A stretch of DNA of 64,000 nt from positions 274,041-338,040 of the forward strand of contig NW_015167060.1 in the NCBI RefSeq assembly GCF_001447785.1, written 5' to 3'. How positions within the stretch are numbered: the first letter of the stretch is position 1; every line of letters begins with the position of its first letter. The notes beneath the pieces were generated by a model. It saw nothing but the letters and a program-made list of their open reading frames with translations, was not told the origin of the DNA and searched no databases. The translations under genes and the position numbers were made by a program. This DNA is from Gekko japonicus (lineage: Eukaryota). Shown here one piece after another: positions 59,893-64,000 of the stretch.

Positions 59893-60560
59893 CATAAGAA
59901 CATAAGACGAGCCCTGCTGGATCAGACCAGTGTAGTCCAGCATTCTGTCCCACACAGTGGCCAACCAGTTCCTCTGGATGGGCAACAACAGGGCATAGAG
60001 GCTGAGGCCTTCCCCTGATGTTGCCTCCTGGCTCTGGGATTCAGAGGATTAGTGCCTCTGAATGTGAAGGTTCCCCTCAGCCACCATGGCTAGTAGCCAT
60101 TGATAGACTTCTCCTCCATGAATCTATCTAATCCCCCCTTTAAAGCTGTTTATTCCTGTGGCCATCACTACATCCTCTGGCAGTGAATTCCACATTCTAA
60201 TCACTCTCTGTGTAAAGTAGTATTTCCTTTTGTCTGTCCTGAACCTACTGCCCATCAGTTTCATTGGATGCCCTTGAGTTCTATTATTTTGGGAGAGGGA
60301 GGGGAAAAAATCCTCTTTGTCAACTCTCTTCACCCTTTGTCAACTCTCTTCATAATTTTATAAACCTCTATCATGTTCCCCCTTAGTCGTTTCTTTTCTA
60401 AACTGAAAAGTCCCAGACTCTTTGGCATTTCCTCATAGGGAATGTGCTCCAACCCCCTAATCATCTTGGTTGCCCCCAACCTGTACTTTTTCCAGCTCTG
60501 CAATGTCCTTTTGGAGATATGGTGATCAGAACTGTACATAGTATTCCAAATGAGGCTATA
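59893..60560 (-). mobile_element. CR1 LINE 3' fragment
   Basis: LGLFSLEKKRLRGNMIEVYKIM...RTQGHPMKL...RKYYFTQRVIRMWNSLPEDVV; CATAAGAA tail repeats. Confidence 0.88.
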
Positions 60561-60989
60561 TGACAATCTAGACTCCTCATGGACAATCAGACAGACTACT
60601 CGTGGATGGCCAGACTGTATAATGTAGTTGATATCAAAGAGCTGTGTGAGCAGGGGTGCTGAGGAATGAATGTGCTTTCTCATGAGATAGAGTGGCGGTC
60701 ATCCTCTACCTTTTCAGAAAATGCATGCAACAACAATACAATAACATTTATGTGAAATGCATGTGGGGATTCATTGCAAGCAAAACTATGGAGTGGATGC
60801 CACTTTCTCCTGGTACAAGGAGGCTTCCCCTCACATAGAATGTTTTTCTGCCAGCAAAAGAACATTGTGTTTCAGCATAAAGCTCCTTGCACTGGAGCAA
60901 AGGGCTACAATTATCAAAATTAATCCCTAGGGCTAACCCTAAGAGATCTGTTCTGGACCACACTAATTAAAATATGGTAGGACTATAAG

Positions 60990-61331
60990 CAGGGGTCATT
61001 TTGTAGAAAAAGAGCTAGGGGAACTCATTAGCATAACTCATTAGCATATGCCACACCCCCTGACATCAAGGGCCCGGCGGTGGACCTGCAAGGCCAGCGG
61101 GAGTGCGAGGAAGCCCCGCCAAGGCCCTCCCTGGCCCCAGGCAGGCAGGGGTGGGGAGAGGCGGGGAGGAAGCAACTTACCCTCCCTCTTCTCCTGCCTC
61201 CTCCTGGCTGAATGAGGGCCGGAAGCGGGGCGGCCAGAAGCAGGGGGCGGGGCTTTGTCATGTGCCCCGCCCCCTGCACCTCACCCGGGGGAACTGCGTT
61301 CCCCTGTGTTCCCCCCCCCGAAATGACCTCT
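60990..61331. mobile_element. GC-rich non-autonomous DNA element
   Basis: Ends CAGGGGTCATTT / AAATGACCTCT; related end near 39972. Confidence 0.5.
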
Positions 61332-61455
61332 AAGGAACCAGGTGAAGTTGCATCAGGGATCAAGTCTGGCTGAACTGCTCTTGGTGGTTATTCACCTGTG
61401 CATTATATCAAACAGATGGGCTGGATATCACATCTATCACTATCTGGACTAGGTG

Positions 61456-61456
<1 letters not shown>

Positions 61457-61486
<30 letters not shown>
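61457..61486 (+). repeat. (CA)n microsatellite
   Basis: Directly visible. Confidence 0.95.
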
Positions 61487-61488
<2 letters not shown>

Positions 61489-61523
61489 GGCCCTTTCATT
61501 TTCCTGTCTTGATTTTATTTAAT

Positions 61524-62195
61524 AGAATCACTGAATCACAGAGTTGGAAGGGGCCATAGAGGCCATTTAGTCCAACCCCCTGCTTAGTGCAAGATCAGCC
61601 TATCCCTGACAAGTGTTTGTCCAGATGCTGCTTAAACACTGCCAGTCAGGGGGAGCTCACCACCTTCATAGGCAGCTGACTCCATTGTTGAACAACTCTT
61701 ATTGTAGGAAAGTTTTTCCTAAGATCCAGTTGGTACCTTCCTGCCCTTAATTTAAACCCATTATTGCGAGTCCTATCCTCTGCTGCCAACCGGAACAGCT
61801 CCTGGCTCCCCTCTAAGCGGCAGCCCTTCAAATACTTCATCATGTCCCCTTTCAACCTCCTCTTCTCCAGACTGAACATGCCCTCAGCCTTTCCTCATAG
61901 GGCTTGATCTCCAGGCCCCTGAGCATCCTCATCGCTCTCCTTGGCACCTGCTCCATTCTGTCAACATCCTTTTTGAAGTGAGGCCTCCAGAACTGCATAC
62001 AATACTCCTGACCAATGCAGTGTACAGCGGTACTATATGATGTCTTGCAATTTGGATGTTATGCCTCTGTTGACACACCCCAAGATCGCATTAGCCTTTT
62101 TTGTAGTTGTATCACACTGGTTGCTCATATTTAACTTATGGTCCACCCATGCCCCAAGATCTTGTTCACACACACTGCTATCCAAAAGTGTATTT
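61524..62195 (-). mobile_element. CR1 LINE 3' fragment (second subfamily)
   Basis: MFSLEKRRLKGDM..KYLKG...RTRNNGFKL...RKNFPTIRVVQQWSQLP; GAATCAC tail. Confidence 0.85.
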
Positions 62196-62827
62196 CAACA
62201 GGTTTGGTTATTATTGGTATCCCTATTGCCTCATTGCTGCAAATGGTGTTGTTGATATGTTCCTGGTGACTTGCAGGACCTTCTATAACGGTTTCACGTT
62301 TCTATGTTGAGGCCCAGACACAGAGTGTGTCCCCATCAACCTCTTGCCTTCTCTCTCCTTCTCCTTATACTGCTGTTCTGAAACATACCCTGTTACTTTG
62401 CTTGCATTTGTTCAGTTCCTGCCTATGGGGACTCCTTGTTTTGGATGCCAGTAAATTTCTTTGGCTTCAGCTTGTGATGCTCAGGGTTCCTTATCCGGAA
62501 ACCAGAGTCAATTTGAAGCTTGTGCCCCTGCCTTGGCCATTTTATAGAGCCCTGGGCTGTAGGTGTGGGGCTTTGCTCTCAAAGGGAGGGAGTCTCTCTT
62601 CCAAACCCCATTTTGAGCTGTGGTTTTGGTTTCCATAGTGACACTTCCTGTGGTAGAGAAAAGAGGTAGTGAGTGCAGCACTGTGAGCGTGGCAGGCGGC
62701 TGCACTCCTTCTCTCTCTCTCTCTCTGCCGGGGATGCTCTGAGGGCTCAGCTGCAGCCTCAGGGAGGGGCTCCTCCTGGGCTGATGGTCCTGGGTTTAAG
62801 GGACTACCTGTGACAGCAGCACGAGGC

Positions 62828-62872
62828 ATGCTGGGAAAACCCAAACACCTGAGTGTCCAAAATGGCCGAATG
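62828..62872 (+). CDS. RGS14: Regulator of G-protein signalling 14, coding exon 1 (gene continues beyond window)
   Basis: MLGKPKHLSVQNGRM|gtgagt resembles the RGS14 N-terminus MPGKPKHLGVPNGRM; divergent orientation to LMAN2 as in human. Confidence 0.88.
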
Positions 62873-64000
62873 GTGAGTATGCTGCTACTGGGGGTGGGGT
62901 GGGGATGAAAGGGCCAGAGGCCACAGGAGACTCTGAGGCAGTTAGAAAACAAGCTTCTGTGTGTTTCCTGTAACTCTAGTAAAGGATGCTCCAAGGAAGG
63001 AGCTTTCTATGATCTTAGCATTTGAAGGTGAAGCCATTGCTTCTCCAAGAAAGCTAAATTCACTACCTTTCTCCTCTGGGCCAGCTGCAACTTTTAGAGT
63101 GTCTTTTGCTTGGGAGGGTCACTCAGATCCCTGGAGTTATAGGGGAAGCACTAACTGTAATACCTCTACTGTGGAAACTGGAATACTTATGACAGAAAGG
63201 TCACATTCTTTTCAGCCTGTTTTTAAAATCTGTTTTCCCCACCCTATTTGTTGTCACATATAGAAGTATAAGCCCATTGTAAATGGTCTGTGTAACAAAG
63301 CAAGAGGTCTGTGTATTAGTGTCCTAGAGGTACTTGCTCCCCTTGCTCAGGAATTGAGTCACATTGGATGTGAGCAGTCCTGTGACCTGCAGAATCACAG
63401 TGCTTTTTAGAAATTCCAGCTTGCACTGAAGTGCACCGCTGTGAGCACAGAGAGACAGTGTTGGCATGTGAAGTCTCTGATATCATGTTGCACAATTAAG
63501 CATGACTGGAAGCCACAGAAGGCAAGAAAAGGCTGTAATCATATTAGAAGGGTTGACAGAACTATGTGTGGGAGTCTCACGTGGTGAGCAAAACAAAAGC
63601 AAGGAACTGCAGGTTAGAGGTGGGGGAAGCAGTAGAAATTTGTTTGAGGAATCGTGCTGTGAAATAGCAGGGCTCTGCAGGTATCAGTGGGGGGGGAAAT
63701 ACTGACAGAGAAGCTCAGAAGCCCAATTAGTTGCTTGGAAAGTGAGCATGGCCTTTCGTTGTGCCAAATGGGAAGGAAGACAACCCCCAATATGTGGTAT
63801 CCAGTTGCAGAATCTTTCAGAGATATCTCTGATATGGTCGATGAATATATTTCTTTTGATACATGGGACCATGGAACCCCGTCCTGTAGTTTCACATCAC
63901 TAATCATAATAGAAATTTCAGATAGACACCCAGGGACAGTGTAAGTTGGAAGTTTCCCCTAACATGTAGCATTAAATCAGATTCATCCCTACGGGGGTAA

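Overview
Vertebrate nuclear DNA from a squamate reptile, probably a gecko (inferred from Sauria SINEs, BovB, 5S-derived SINEs and Penelope fold-backs). Hand-spliced genes with GT-AG junctions and consistent phases, left to right: B4GALT7 coding exon 1 (-, gene runs off the left edge); complete TMED9 (-, 5 exons, 224 aa); complete LMAN2/VIP36 (-, 8 exons, 340 aa); an ARL3-like small GTPase paralogue (-, 6 coding exons, 187 aa, starts [16 protein letters not shown]); an uncharacterised WD40-repeat gene (-, 17 coding exons, 719 aa) with an RFX/CRE/MYB-type promoter; and RGS14 coding exon 1 (+, gene runs off the right edge). In human, LMAN2 and RGS14 are direct head-to-head neighbours, so the ARL3-like + WD40 pair between them is the main novelty: a candidate cilium/flagellum module apparently absent from the human locus. 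Also present: an orphan NF-Y/CDE-CHR-like promoter beside LMAN2, Penelope-type inverted repeats with hammerhead-like cores, a near-perfect 156-bp palindrome, nested TEs (Rex1 in a hAT MITE, BovB in CR1), hAT MITEs with 8-bp TSDs, tandem duplications and an 83-N gap. Exon coordinates were counted by hand; repeat boundaries are approximate; no database searches were run.
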